From Spongospora subterranea f. sp. subterranea (Eukaryota), in NCBI GenBank assembly GCA_049724395.1, contig JAUGWO010000017.1:1-64000 (forward strand): a DNA stretch of 64,000 nt, given 5' to 3'. The position numbers and the translations under genes were made by a program. This document shows, piece by piece, positions 1-13,257 of the stretch. The notes under the pieces are model-generated. The model ran no database searches and was not told the DNA's origin. It saw only the letters and a list, made by a program, of their open reading frames with translations. The number at the start of each line of letters is the position of its first letter. Position 1 is the stretch's first letter.

Positions 1-1839
1 ATGCCGTCATTGGAAATCGTGATGGGGCGACTAGCCGGGGCCAGTTACTTCGCAACGCTGGACGCTTACAAAGGGTATTGGCAGTTTCCTCTGGCAGAAG
101 AATCACAGGAGCTACTGTCATTTATGACTGATGAAGGCGTCTACACACCGACTAGAGTGGTTCAGGGAGCCACAGATGCTGTCGCATGCTTCCAAGCGGG
201 GATGCAGGAGGCACTTGGTGACTATCTTTATAAGAACACTCTGTTGTGGATCGATGACTTGTTAATTTTTGCACCTACTGTTCAAGAGTTGCTTGAAAAT
301 TTACGACTGGTTTTCAAGCGTTTGGACTTATTCGGGATCAAGTTGAATGCACGTCGCTGTGATTTATTTAACCGGGAAGTCCATTGGTGTGGGCGAATTA
401 TCTCTGGTACAGGCATTCGATTCGACCCTAAGCTGGTTGAATCGTTGAGAAATATGGAGGAGCCGCAGAACGCTGGAGAACTACAGCAGTTTATTTGTGC
501 ATTAGGATGGCTCCGAGTCGCCATTCCTGAGTTTACGAAGCATATCCATTTCTTACAAGAAGCGAAAAATGAAGCTATGAAGATCGCTGGGTCTAGTAAG
601 AGGAATGTGATGAACAAGGTCAAACTATCGGAGATAGGATGGGATGAGCGGCATCGACACAGCTTCCAACACGCAAAAGAGGTTGTGGCCAACGTTGTGG
701 AGCTGGCGCATCCAGATGCCGACAAACCGTTCTGTTTATTTACTGACGCTAGCGACCAACATTGGGCCGTCGTGCTGACACAAGTGCCGGAAGAGGATAT
801 TGGCCTGGAGGATATTAGTCAACTGCGACATGCGCCATTGGTTTTTCTTAGCGGTACATTTAAAGGGGCGTCCCTCCAGTGGTCGACGATTGGGAAAGAG
901 GCATTTCCAATCATCGAGGCGGTTGGGCGTTTGAGACATTTTCTGTTAAGAGAGAAAGGATTCGTGATATTCACGGATCATCGAAACCTAGTGTATATCT
1001 TAGACCCGTCGGAAAGGGCAAGCGAGAAGCGAAGGCACGTTTGCGACAGGCTTGAGCGGTGGGCCACCAAACTTTTAGCTTACAAGTATAGCATTCGTCA
1101 TATTTCAGGATCTGACAACGTATGGGCTGATCCACTAACGCGATGGGCACAACATGCGGAGACGGAAGGCCGAGCCGCTGCTATTGGAGATGTTTCAATC
1201 AATCAAAGGGTTCGACCTTTGCATGCGACTACGTTTGTCTGGCCCGATCTGGGCGAAATTACGGCGATTCAGAACGCGTACAAGGAGCATATTTTCAGCG
1301 ATACCATGAAAGACGGTGTACATGCCGATAATGATGATGTCTTCAAGACCGGGGAAGGGAAGATTTGGATTCCATCAGAAGAGTTGGCAGTGAGGATTAT
1401 GATCATTGCCCACAGCAGCAGCGCAGGACATCGAGGAGTCGAGGCGACATTAGAAGCCGTGAAAGCAAGGTTCTGGTGGAAAAACATGAGAAACGATATC
1501 CTGAAATTTGTACGGGAGTGCTTACATTGTGAAGCGAACAAAGGAACTGTAATACCAAGGCCATTTGGGGAAGCATTACATGCAGACCGACCTAATAAGC
1601 TGTTACACTACGATTTTCTTTTCATGGACAAGATGAAGGCTAAGGGCGAGAATCCGTATATCTATATTCTAGTTGTTCAAGATGATTTTTCGTCCTATCG
1701 GGAATTATTTCCAGCCAAGAATGCAGATCATCGTGTTGTGGTGAAAAAGCCGCGCGCGACCTGGGGATTCCCGTTCAAGTCTTCAAGCGGAGGGGGAAGT
1801 GTAATCCGTCCGTGTGAGGATTGTGCGCTTCGATTTTAA
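1..1839 (+). mobile_element. pol: Ty3/Gypsy pol (RT-RNase H-integrase), 5' part outside window, integrase truncated by internal deletion
   Basis: RT motifs LDAYKGYWQ, QG, WIDD; RNase H FTDAS...KEAFPI...TDHRNL...NVWAD; integrase HHCC (H...H...CLHC) and first catalytic D (LHYDF), then similarity breaks at about 1743. Confidence 0.93.
1787..1799 (+). other. Polypurine tract of the Gypsy element
   Basis: gcggagggggaag immediately before the TGT that opens the LTR. Confidence 0.75.
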
Positions 1840-2003
1840 GGACGATCGGAGAATTGAATACCTCGATTTAAGGGCGATTGGAGAATTGAATACCTCGATT
1901 TACGGGCGGTCGTAGGATTGAATAAAGGACACTTTGCATTTGAGCTGCTATCGGAAGATTAACTCGAGTGTAGTTGTCGAGCGATTAAGCCGAAGTCGCT
2001 ACA
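1800..2003 (+). repeat. 3' LTR (about 204 bp)
   Basis: TGTA...TACA termini, follows the PPT, three internal ~33-bp imperfect repeats (1831-1926), AATAAA at 1921. Confidence 0.75.
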
Positions 2004-4747
2004 GAACGGGACCGATGTTGTTGTGCACGCTGTTTGAATAACGGCCAGCGACTCTTGATCGACGATGCGAGTTGAGCCGTTACTGATTAAATACGACCAG
2101 AAGTGACTGCGAGGTCACTTACTGAATCCAAAGACGGCACAAATATGGCGGATAGTAGTGTCGTAGGATTAAGGCCTGTCATGATTGTGACAGGAAAATA
2201 ACCGATTCGTGGCCGTACACATTGGTTCAACGCCATGTTAACGATGGGGAGCATGAAAGGATAATGGACATCGAAATCGAGAATACATTCTGAGAGTAGC
2301 TTCTTCAACGTCTCAAGAATATGCAGGTTCACGATTTCCACCGTTCCGTTTGCCCATGGGGTGTACGCCGTCGTGAAGTGTCGTGATATGTGTAGACGAC
2401 TGCAGACCTCGCCAATCACATGGTTTTTAAAGTGAGTCCCCTGATGGGACACATGCTGATACGCAATTCCAAACCGTTTGAACCGTCGATTAGACCGGTT
2501 GCCACTGTGTGATGATCGGCAGGTTCACACGGGATTAGTTCCACGAAGGCGGACTGAGAAATCGTTCTTGATCACAAGAATATATTGAAATGAGTGAGGA
2601 ACGCCTTTCTAAAAATGAATAGGAAGTCATAATGCAGAATACGATTAGGTTGGTTTGCATGCATTGCATAGCCAAATGGACGGGGAACGACAGACCCGTT
2701 GACCCAAAGGCAGTGTAAACATTTGGAAACAAACTCGGTTCGGACCACAAGTTCATGTTCGGCCACGAGAACCCAGAGGAGTCCGATACAAGATGACCGG
2801 ATATTCCCATATGGGCCACGACCATGATCCGAAGTTGCATTTGGAATTATGCAATCCAAACCTGACCGGCTGATGTCTTCCATGTTCCCTTGTCAACTGG
2901 GTTCGTACTGTAAGTACTTGATTCTGGATATGAAGCCCATCGAACTGTTCAGTAAAAATGAAGATTGATCGGCCGTGATTGATTCGAGAGTTGGTCAAAG
3001 AAATCTGTTCTTTGGCGATATGGTATGCCTCAAAAGAAGTTATTTACCAGTTTCTTGTTAGAAATGATGATGTCATTGGTCATATACGTAACGCTGGCAA
3101 CACCAATTACGCTCGTTTGATTTTGTGATTGAACACATAGATGGAACCACCAACGTCTGGGCCGACATTCTGACTCGATGGGGAGCCGCTTTCGGAACGT
3201 GTTGTGGTTTATATCACCGATGACATCATCATTTCTAACAAGAAATTGGTACAGTAGCTTCTTTCGATGCATACCATGTCGCCACAGATTTCATTTGGCC
3301 AACTCTCGAATCAATCACGGCCGATCAATCATCATATTTGAAGACAGAACCTACTGATTTACAGTCCGATGGGCTTCATATCCAGAATCAAGTACTTACG
3401 AAGCCAATCGCCAAGGGAACATGGAAGACATCAACCGGTCAAGTTTGGATTGCATAATTCCAAATGACTAGCAGCCGACTGTTGCGATCAAATAAGAATG
3501 TAAGGTTTCTGTGATCTGTAAAAAGACGAATTAAGTTCTGCAAGGTGGATTTGATTTGAGCGAAACACTTGCAATGAGAGTGGTTCCAGCCCAAATTCAT
3601 CAATATGACCTTCAGTTTTGATTTCTGTAAACTGTCAGATAAAGCGCGACGCCGTCAACAGCAGCTGTTGAAGTGGGTCCACAAGTTCAGAGAACCTTGG
3701 GATTGCTGAGCGCAACCAGTTGAATCCACATAGTAATTGTTGCAAATCGCCAGCAGTGATCGGTGACTGTAATTCGCTCAGTGACGAAAACAAAATTGTG
3801 ATCGAACGAGACACCCATTTCCGATATCATTCTGCCGCACCATTTGACCTCAGTCAAGAAGAGAGCGCAACGGTTTGGGTTCAGTTTGATGCCATGTGAG
3901 TGCAGATTGTCTAAAATGAGGACCAAAACTTCAAACCAGTTGTCAATGCTTGTGGCATAACCCAAAATGTCGTCATCCCATAGAAGGGCCGCATGTGTAT
4001 AGTAAATCAGATAGGACTTCTTGCTTCCCCGCCTGGAAAGCGAAACTGCATCGACTAGGCCTTGGATAATGCGACGCGGCGTGTAGACTGCCTCATGCGT
4101 CATGAGAGAACAACGTTCCCAAGATTCGGGATGTATGGAAACTGCCAGTACCTTTTGAAGGCGTCTAGCATGATAAAAAGTTTTGCATTACGAAGATATG
4201 ATAAAATGAGATCTATGTGAGGCATGGGCCAAACAAGATGTTCAGTACGTTTGTTGACCTCCTTTGAATAGATAGTCAGACGATAACCACGGCGCTCGAT
4301 GTTGTCTCTCTTCTCGACAACGAGGCAGGCAGATGCGAAACGGCTGTGCGGATTGCGGAATGTGAGATCGTTCGCTTTTAACGTCTGTGCATGTTCGCGC
4401 ATGAATGTGCGGTGCGCTTCGGCATATCGTCGATTTTTAGCCCTAAATGGAGTTGCATCAGATTTCGGCACCAGCTTCATCGGCGTAACCTTCGCCGGGT
4501 CGCACATATCAGAGATGGCAGATTCAATATCACTAATGGCATCCTGGCCGATGTCGACGAAATAATCTTCGCTAGGTTCGTCGCCGGTATTAAGATCAGC
4601 GGTGTGATCGATTGAGACCCGTTTGATTGCTGATAAGATATCAGGATCTGACTTTGTATACTCATCGTCAATAAGGAGATGACTATTCGGGGCATCCTTC
4701 AAAATATTCAGGAGTAGCACATCGGGATCGATTCCGAGTGTGAACAA
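2004..4747 (-). mobile_element. Degenerate Ty3/Gypsy pol remnant (RT, integrase) with internal rearrangement
   Basis: Frameshifted pieces: LDAFKRYWQF and LLWDDDIL (RT), VAHMGISGH...CLHC, LHYDFL, QGTHFKN...TTAYTPWANGTVE (integrase core). Confidence 0.88.
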
Positions 4748-5903
4748 TTCGGGTTTGCCGATATCGATATGTGCAATTATTCTCAGCCTTATCCTAAGCT
4801 CTTTAGCTTTCAGAGTAATTTTACCCTGCCCACTCTGGTCACATTCAGTTTATCGTCATTAAGATAAAGAGATGACCCGAGATAATTTTGCTCTAATAGC
4901 TGTATCTCTTGCACTTCAGGCCATACAAAATCAACATGACCAAAATTCATCTGGAATTGGTCAGAGTTTCCGAAACGGATAGATTAAGTTTTTGGAACAT
5001 TCACTACACCCAATCCTACCGCTGCTCCCCAACGTGTTATCAAATCTGATCATACGTTCTCTTCACCCTTGTCGTGCAGCGCCCAACCCTATAATCTCTG
5101 ATCAACAGGCTTACAAACCGCAGTCGATATCCCTGCGTCAAAATCCTATGGCCGCCATGCACTTTGAAACGGTTTGTTATTTATAAGCTGATATTTGTTA
5201 GGACACTGTAGTCCCCCTTTCGGCAACGGTCCTTTTTTTCCTGGCAGCCGGTTCAGGTTTCGACGGATTTTTTGTGCCAAATTGCTAATTTCTTTAAAGA
5301 GCTTTAAAGTCTTTTTTTTAAAGCTTATTACGTTCCTAACAAAATTCAAGGTTCATTGAAAGCATTGACAACAGAAAATCCCTATTTCTTCAACAATAGA
5401 CCAATCAAGGTGCCACATCCACAATGTGTGTGAATCAGTGCGGCCATAAATACAATCCCGAGTGATGTGAAGACTGGACAGTGTCCTATATAAGGCTGCG
5501 CTACGGTCAACGCATTCTCTTCCTTGTGCAGTAAGATTTAATCTTTGGAAGCGGTCAGGTTGCCGATCTGTCTGCCGCATTCGCCATCGTCTGTTGCATC
5601 GAAAAGCGAGTTGCAGGTTCTTTGCCTTCTCCGGTCGGTTAGTTTGCTCTCAACATTCGCGTTATCATTTGGTAGCACGTGTTGGTTGCTGACAGGTTTC
5701 GAATGTTTTTATCTGTTTCAGCATGTGAGTTTCCAAACAATAGACGAATGGAAGATTTGCTATTTTTTTTAACTGCACCATATTGATCTTGTTTTGTATT
5801 TCTCTCATGTAATTATTTCAAGGGGAACTAATGTTTCAACCACCGTCTAACTCTCAAGCGTTCATGCTGCCTAATTCTTTTTTTAAAAATGTAGTGTAGC
5901 AAG

Positions 5904-7040
5904 ATGATGGATGGCAATACTAAGAGTACTAGTTCTGGTCAGTATGGCGCGATTCTCCTCAGGAATCAGCTCAAAGGTATTTTTTCATCGCGACCTCAAA
6001 TTTTTAAAAGTTGCTCAAGCTCGTGCTCGGATGCGGTGTCTAGATCAGTTTTATTTGTGTTTCATTTTTTCTTGACTTGCAGTTTGAAGCAAGAACCGGT
6101 TTTCATTTATCATTTGATACCATTAATCGCTTTTTTGTTGTTGTAAACTCAAACTCCTTCTGTTTTAGAGTTGATGAAAAATCCCGTTGATGGGTTTTCC
6201 GTGGGTCTCGTTGACGACGACAACATGTTCGAATGGCAAATCATGATAGAGGGACCCGCAGGCACGATGTTCGAAGGAGGATTGTTTCCGGCTTTGCTGA
6301 AATTTCCATTGTCATACCCCAACTGTAACGTGGTTTTCTATACTTTTCCTTTCTTGAACTTTTCATATAGTTCTTGATTTCAAAGTTCTGTCGTCTTTTT
6401 CATTCATGGGTTTTATGAAGATCGTTTGTGGTTTATAACAGTTTAATTTTTGTTTCTCTTCTCAAGCCAGTTTTATATTTTCATATCTGTCAAATTGCGT
6501 ATGCCTACCATCTGCTGATACTTATTCTGTTTATGTCCTACAGCACCTCCGGTCATGACCTTTCAAACTCCGGATTTCTGGCATCCAAATGTGTACCCAG
6601 GTTTGTTCATATTCTATGCATCAACTTGGCTCCGAACCATTATTTTACAGATGGTCGTGTTTGTATTTCAATTCTTCACGAAGCAAAAGTCGATAATTTC
6701 AACCAGCAAGAGTTGATGGAGGAGAAATGGCGTCCTATCCTCGGCGTACGTAGTTACTTTGTTCAGCAACGCAGCTTGTTTAAGAGCTCATGCAATAATT
6801 TTCGCTTTCGATGAGTCTACGTTGCTGAGCACTTTATTATATTGTTATTCACCAAAACTTACTTGATCTTGAATTCTGTTCCAGGTTGAGAGTATTCTAG
6901 TGAGCGTTGTGTCACTGCTGTCTGATCCGAATTTCGAGAGTCCTGCCAATATTGATGCTAGCATCAATATGCAGCGCGACCCAGAAGGCTACAGGAAACG
7001 CATTCGCCGTCTGGTTCGGCGATCGGTCGAGTTTGAATAG
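5904..7040 (+). CDS. UBE2G: Ubiquitin-conjugating enzyme E2 G (UBC7 family), 5 exons
   Basis: Exons ~5904-5976, 6169-6324, 6544-6600, 6651-6745, 6885-7040 splice to ...FWHPNVYPDGRVCISILH...EKWRPI...PANIDA; catalytic Cys plus the UBC7/CDC34-type insertion. Confidence 0.92.
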
Positions 7041-7473
7041 TGTTTCATGTTGTCAGTGCACTGTATTGTAAAGTACTTGCCAACCACATGACCTCATTCA
7101 CACTAGGTACTATATGTAATTTGTATTTTTAACAGGTACGATGTATGTTTTGACCCATGGATAACCCTTACATTAATTTAGTATCAAACAATTTGGCGTA
7201 TTCTCAAGAATCCCAATGTACTCTACCTCTAATATTAAAGTGAAAAACCTGCATTGATTGAGCAACATAACAAATTTTATAATTTGCATACCGTTTCTTC
7301 GTCGTGTTGATTGGTGTCGCCTGTTTTTGGGATCGATTCCCTTCCCTTTAGGGGTTTCGAGAAAGTTCGCCAAGATAACTTCTGAAAATTAATTCGTTCG
7401 TAATTTGGTTATCTTTTTCTAATTGAGAATAGTGTAAGATGGTACATTTTCTAACGGCCGTGCTCGCTCCGCA

Positions 7474-8327
7474 TCAAGAAAGCCATGTGGCGCTGCTGCT
7501 GGAAGAGTGCCGTTGCAGCCGAGAGCAAAGTGCACAATCGAACACGTTGTGGATCTGCAAACATGGAAGCCCGCATGCAATAGTACAATAAAAAAGCCTC
7601 GACACAATCAAGCCCACAAAAAGCAGCTGGAAGTCCAATCGATTCCTTTTAATCGCAGGGCGAAAATTTGAGAATACAGGCCTGGCTAAGCATAACGATT
7701 GTAGTTCAGCTGACACATTCACGAATCACTATCCTGGGATAATGGCTCTTTTTAATGAATCAATCGGCATCAACAATATCTGGTGTCAGAGACCAGGACC
7801 GATAGGCGAACAAGTTGTTTCTCAAAATTAAAATTAGATATACCCGCTTATATCCGCGGGAATCGCCAGGTGTTCCAGAATGGTTAGAATGATGAATCAC
7901 CTGACATTCTTGACATATATCCGGTTCCTGCTCCTTTTTAAAGGTGTTTTTTGGGATTGCAAATCAGGTTACAGAAGTGCTTCTCAATTTGCATAACGGA
8001 CGATGTCCCGATCAATATCTGGATCCTCCGTCGCAACAGCTGCCTTCCGTTGGCGTCGCCGATTCCAGTCCCACCCACTTTCCGGTAAAATGTGCTGCAG
8101 AAAAATCAACCACAGAAAATAGGTTCCAACAGATCGCTTACAAAATGCATCCAAAATAAAATATCCCAAGGGTTCGTAATCAACCTCAGGTCCTTCATCG
8201 TTGTCCTTGCACCAAATGCGGAATCAAAAAACGACCACCGCGGTGGAGAATCATATAATATGCTGATTTTACGTACTTTGAATGGAAAACAAGCGTTGAT
8301 TTTACTGCTGGATTTGTCGTCCGTCAT
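7474..8327 (-). CDS. Hypothetical multi-exon protein
   Basis: ATG at 8327 followed by several GT-AG-bounded short segments with Cys pairs (CQEC, CALC); frame not resolved. Confidence 0.3.
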
Positions 8328-8438
8328 GTATTTCTTGGCTGTTTTCGATACACGCAGTTTCTGTCCGTGCACTCCAAGTGGGTAGTTTGCGCGGCCTACG
8401 TTGTTTTTGTTGACAGATCGATAGCACCCAATTCGGTC

Positions 8439-11400
8439 ATGGTGGCTGTGTCAGCCCAAACCGATGCGGAGCGGCGGCGTAGTAGCCGCCCTAAACAACA
8501 TCGCGCGATTGAGCCCCATCCCCTGGAGATGGCGTTTAGCGATGGCAGTCATTCGTCAAGTTCTGCCAACGAAAATGATTATTCTGATGCTACCGTTGAG
8601 AAACAGGTGTACTGTTTTTGTCGAAGTCCTGATGATGGAAAACTAATGGTTCAATGCGATTGCTGCTTTGAATGGTTCCATGCCGCTTGTGTCAAACTGT
8701 AATTATGCTCAATCCCTGTTTGCATTAGGTTTCGTTATATTTTTGGATTTGTTTGGTGAAGTCTATTTTTTTTTTCAACAAGACTTTCTGAGTTTCATCT
8801 TCCAGGAGAATTTGACGTTGTCAAATGCGTCTCCGAATTGGTCGTTGAAATACTCTCTTAATGCGGTGACGTAGCATTGCGAAGTTGATCTGCTGTCCCT
8901 TGTTCCTGTCAATTGGATGCTTAGCATATAGATATAATTGAGGATCACTTTACCAATCAAAGTGATCTGGTCATCGTTTGTTACGAAACATGATAGAGCC
9001 ATATTATGGGTTCGATACGCCTGTCTGAATCTCGTTGACTTCCCTTTTAACGGTTGTCGCTCTAGATTGAGTGTAGTACCACTTTGTATAAGCGAAACAA
9101 CACAGGTTCTCATGAACAGTTTTCCGTTTAGGGGTCGTTCTTGTCGTCGAATCATTCTAATAAACCACTAATGACGATATGCTGTTTGGTTCACATATCG
9201 GTCCGCCCATCGGGTTTGGTACAATACGACCAGCAACGATTCGTTCGTTTTCGAGAACTCCGCATTCTCTGTTCCAAGAAAATGTTTCTACTCGTTCGGC
9301 ATGCGAACTTTTCTCAGATTCTCTGCCGCTCGATGATCATTTCCTAAACTTATTTTTTCCAAGACTTGTATAAATTTCCACATGTTCTAAGAGAATTCCC
9401 AGACACGCTTCACCAAAACAGTTTTCTATTCCCATCAGTATTTTATTTCGTTGATCTCACTTATTTCTAGTAATGGTCTCCATGTTTGTCTGAATTGTTC
9501 AGTGTTTTCTTGTCTGTTTCCAGATTGCCGGTTCCTCACTGAATTTGTTGTTCCATTCTTTCGTTAACAAGACTTTACTGAAATTTGAGCTCCTGTTCAG
9601 GAATGCGAATGATGATATGTCTCACTGGGTGTGCCGAACGTGTTCCAAAGACGATGATGTGCCGGCAACGTTGCCAACTTCCAACACTGTTTCCACCGTC
9701 GACTCATCGATTGCGATACCCTCAAATCAACTTGTCCCACGCAGCCCGACCCGTGTTCAAGTTACTCAGGGGACTGTTCTTGTTTCCATGGCACCACTAC
9801 CGTCGATGTTGCAATGTAATTCATTTTCGTGTTTTATATGAAGTTTTTCATGGTCAAGTTTGTGACCCATTACTACTTTCATTGTATACCCGAACGAACC
9901 TACGTCAACTCCTGTTGGCTAAATATTTATTTGGTTTATTCGAGATGCGTTATGTAGGTGCTTTCATTTACCTTGGTCCGATTGTTCGAAAACTTGTGTT
10001 ACGTCGTTTTTGCTTACACTGGTCGCAGATCGGTTAGATTGTCAGAATGCATTGGCCAAAGTGGTGCCAAAGTCTTTGGCGATCCAGATTGAAGAAGCGG
10101 CACACGATTGGAGTGAATGTCGGCCAACATCAGAGGCCATTCGCTCTTACAAGACAAAGATGCGCGAAATTGTTTTGAATCTCAAAATCAACTCTGATCT
10201 GCGACAAAGTATCATCCTTTCTATCTTTGATTCTGAATTTCAGATCAATCATTGCCATTATTACTTCATGCTGTGATTAGTCAACTTGTTTTTTGCTCAT
10301 TTGCAATATGTCGGGTTTCTAGTATTTTCCGTGTTTTTTTTGGGCTCCCGCTTTGTTGCCGATATACGCACATTTTAATGCCTGATGGGTGCAGGTGTAA
10401 TCGACGGTTTGCTTTCTCCATCGGAACTTGTGGCGAAAGATGTGTCCTTATTGGCGGCGCCGGACTTGATTGCTTCCCGGAGTGAGGAGAAGCAAAATTC
10501 AATTTCCTCGCGGATTAAGAATGATGAAGAACCTGAATTAGAGGTGTCTCCTGTCGATATCCCAATCCCCTCCCAGGTATTGTTCTTTTATTGGGAATAT
10601 CGACAAATATTTCTCTAACCAGGGTCCCCTAGCCCGATATTATTTTGCCGGATTTAAGCGATTACCCCGTAGACGAAGGCACATCATCGGAGGTCAGATC
10701 GTCACTGTCCTATTTTATGACCATATTTTGCGTGTTTATCATTACGCGGAGTTACCATCTTCGCCGTTTCTTGACCAATTTGTGCCGGAACACTTTTTGC
10801 AACATGCTTGGTACGCTTTCACATGCTTTGCATTATTTTTTTATCACCATTCTGTTTTCGGTTTTAAGTTGTACACATGTTTCTCTGGTATCTGATTTCT
10901 GAGCTATGCATTTTCTGTTATTCAGATAATCACTAGTTTCCCGTCATCTACCGAACCGTCATCTACCGAAGCCGCTTCCATTGCTGTGTCGGCATCCGAA
11001 ATGGAAAGCAGCGCAGACCTACAAGAGAGTTCTCCAATGCTGTTTGAGGAGCCCGAACCATTTCCCTCACATGACATGGTGGATGATCCCGATCAACCGC
11101 GAGTTGATTGGCTGGGAACGCTTTCAATTTCCGCTCAAGATGATGGGTTTAGGCTTCACGCCAATATTGTAAACCCTGAATGTAAATCTGATCGTCAAAG
11201 ACTTGGTAAAATGCAGAACTCCCTGTTTGTGCACGGCCGTATTGAGCCAAGCGCTGTTCATAAGGTAACAATTTCAGCACACCGAACGATGCTATGTAAT
11301 ACTGTGTATATAAAGTTTCTGTTTTTCAGTTGTCATTGCACCTACATTCGTCACGTTATTGCCAGTTAATTTTCTTCCGAGATCGTAGCTGTTTTTTTTA

Positions 11401-12743
11401 CAAACGTAGCTCATGTTGACTGATCGCAGTTTGTCATGCAAGTTCACGCGCTGTCCAAGAGTGTGCAACCCACAGATCGGTTTAAGCACAAGCGTCTCGC
11501 GCTGGTGGAATTTCATGTTGGTTCAGACGACGTTAGCGCGAAAAATTGCTCTGATTTCATCAAGCAATATGCTGGTAAGTTATCTCAGTAGGTTTGGACT
11601 CTTTACGGGCCCTCGTCATTTGGATTCACTTGCCGTTTTGTCGAACCTTACCCCCGAACCTGGTTTTGCTGAGAACTTGCGGTTTTCATTTACGTCGATT
11701 CTGGTTTTATTGAAAATTTTCTACCTTGTCTGTCTTTTCAATTAATTGATGATGAGAACTGTTGCCAACTATGAGAATTTTACACAGATCGTAGTCGAAT
11801 TCCAGTCATCGATAACACCGAACTAGGAATCCTTCTTTATTTTATATCGCCTGTATTCGGTTTGAACGCAATGTGGTCGCAAGTTCTTTTCGACGTATTT
11901 GGGCGTTCTTCCCCGCCTGCAAATGCAGAGATTTGGGCCATTGCGGTCATTACCGCCCAATCCAAATTAGCAACGACAAAGCGCTCTCATCATCGCCCTA
12001 TCGTCAAACCCCCTAGTGATCAGGCGACGACGATCCGGTTCGCCGATGCCCAGTCCACAGCTCAAGTAAATTCAGAGGAACCGACATTGTTGACCCCGTT
12101 TGTTGATCCAATGTTGATCCAACATCCGCTTCCAACTCTTCAACAACTAGAACACTTGGAGAGTGCCTTGGCCGCTGAAGCGCTTCACGATATTGATCCG
12201 CACACTGTCCAGGAAAATCAACAGGAATATTATTCTGAGCATTGGCCCCCCGAGAATTATCGTCCGGCAGAGGCATTTTATTTCGATGATCGCTACCAAC
12301 CGCGTCGACCTGATTTTGCTCAAGCGAATCGCAGCGAAAACGTTCGTTACCCTCCCGCTGGTCATAGGAGCGAAAGTGATCGGTTTGCCAGTCAGGAAAC
12401 TATTCATGGTGGCTCTGATCGATATTCTGCTCCAGTTCATCAAAGAGGAAATGACTTGATATACGCTCCGGCAGCCCAACAAGCAGATGAAGACCGATAT
12501 ACTCCTCCTATGCATCCTGACCGATATGCGGTTGTTCATCAACAATTGCAGAGAGGCGACGAGAGGTATGGTCCGATCCCGAATCAGCAAGGGTACCGTA
12601 GAGATTGGGTGGCACCCTACCGGTCACCCCCACGTCGGGTTCGATCAACAGACCGGGCTCCCCGCGATCAAGGGAGAGGTCACCGAGGACAGGACCGACG
12701 ACGATTCAAGCCAAGCTCAGGACGATTTAATAACAGTCGATGA
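8439..12743 (+). CDS. PHD finger + TFIIS-central + SPOC domain protein (BYE1/DIDO1/PHF3-like)
   Basis: PHD YCFCR...MVQCDCCFEWFHAACV...WVCRTC split by a ~900-bp intron; YKTKMREIVLNLK...LSPSELV (TFIIS-M); WLGTL...LFVHGRI (SPOC); low-complexity R/D-rich tail. Confidence 0.8.
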
Positions 12744-13257
12744 GCCAAATCCCAATTGTTTTATTAAATTCCTTAGCAATCATAACAACTTACTCTAATT
12801 TTGTTGAATTTTCGACTTAATCATACGCTGAATTTGAGCAAAATTCATCAAACGCGAAACGGGTTTGTCATCATCATTTACATGTTCAGATGAACCAACA
12901 GGCGGCGCAGGGCATCTATTGACGAATATTTCATTTGCCATGATCGGCGCGCCCATCGCCGTAGTGATTGCAGAAGCAACAAGACGTTGTCGGCAAAAAA
13001 ATCAGGTTCAGCTGATTTCAAGTAAATACGATGAGAACAAAAGGTTTTGATTATCGACCTGGAATCAGGAGTCCCTCATCGTCCCCTAATTCATGTCCAT
13101 CGCCATATTTCAACCCATGCTCTTTGAATCGCGCGAGCATTATTCATCAAATCAGAAAACTAAACAGCGTCAAAAAAGATGTTCGACGATGTCGACAACA
13201 ACGGACACGGACTCAAATTCGGCTGACTTGATGTAATGAGGTAAATCAACAGTTTAA

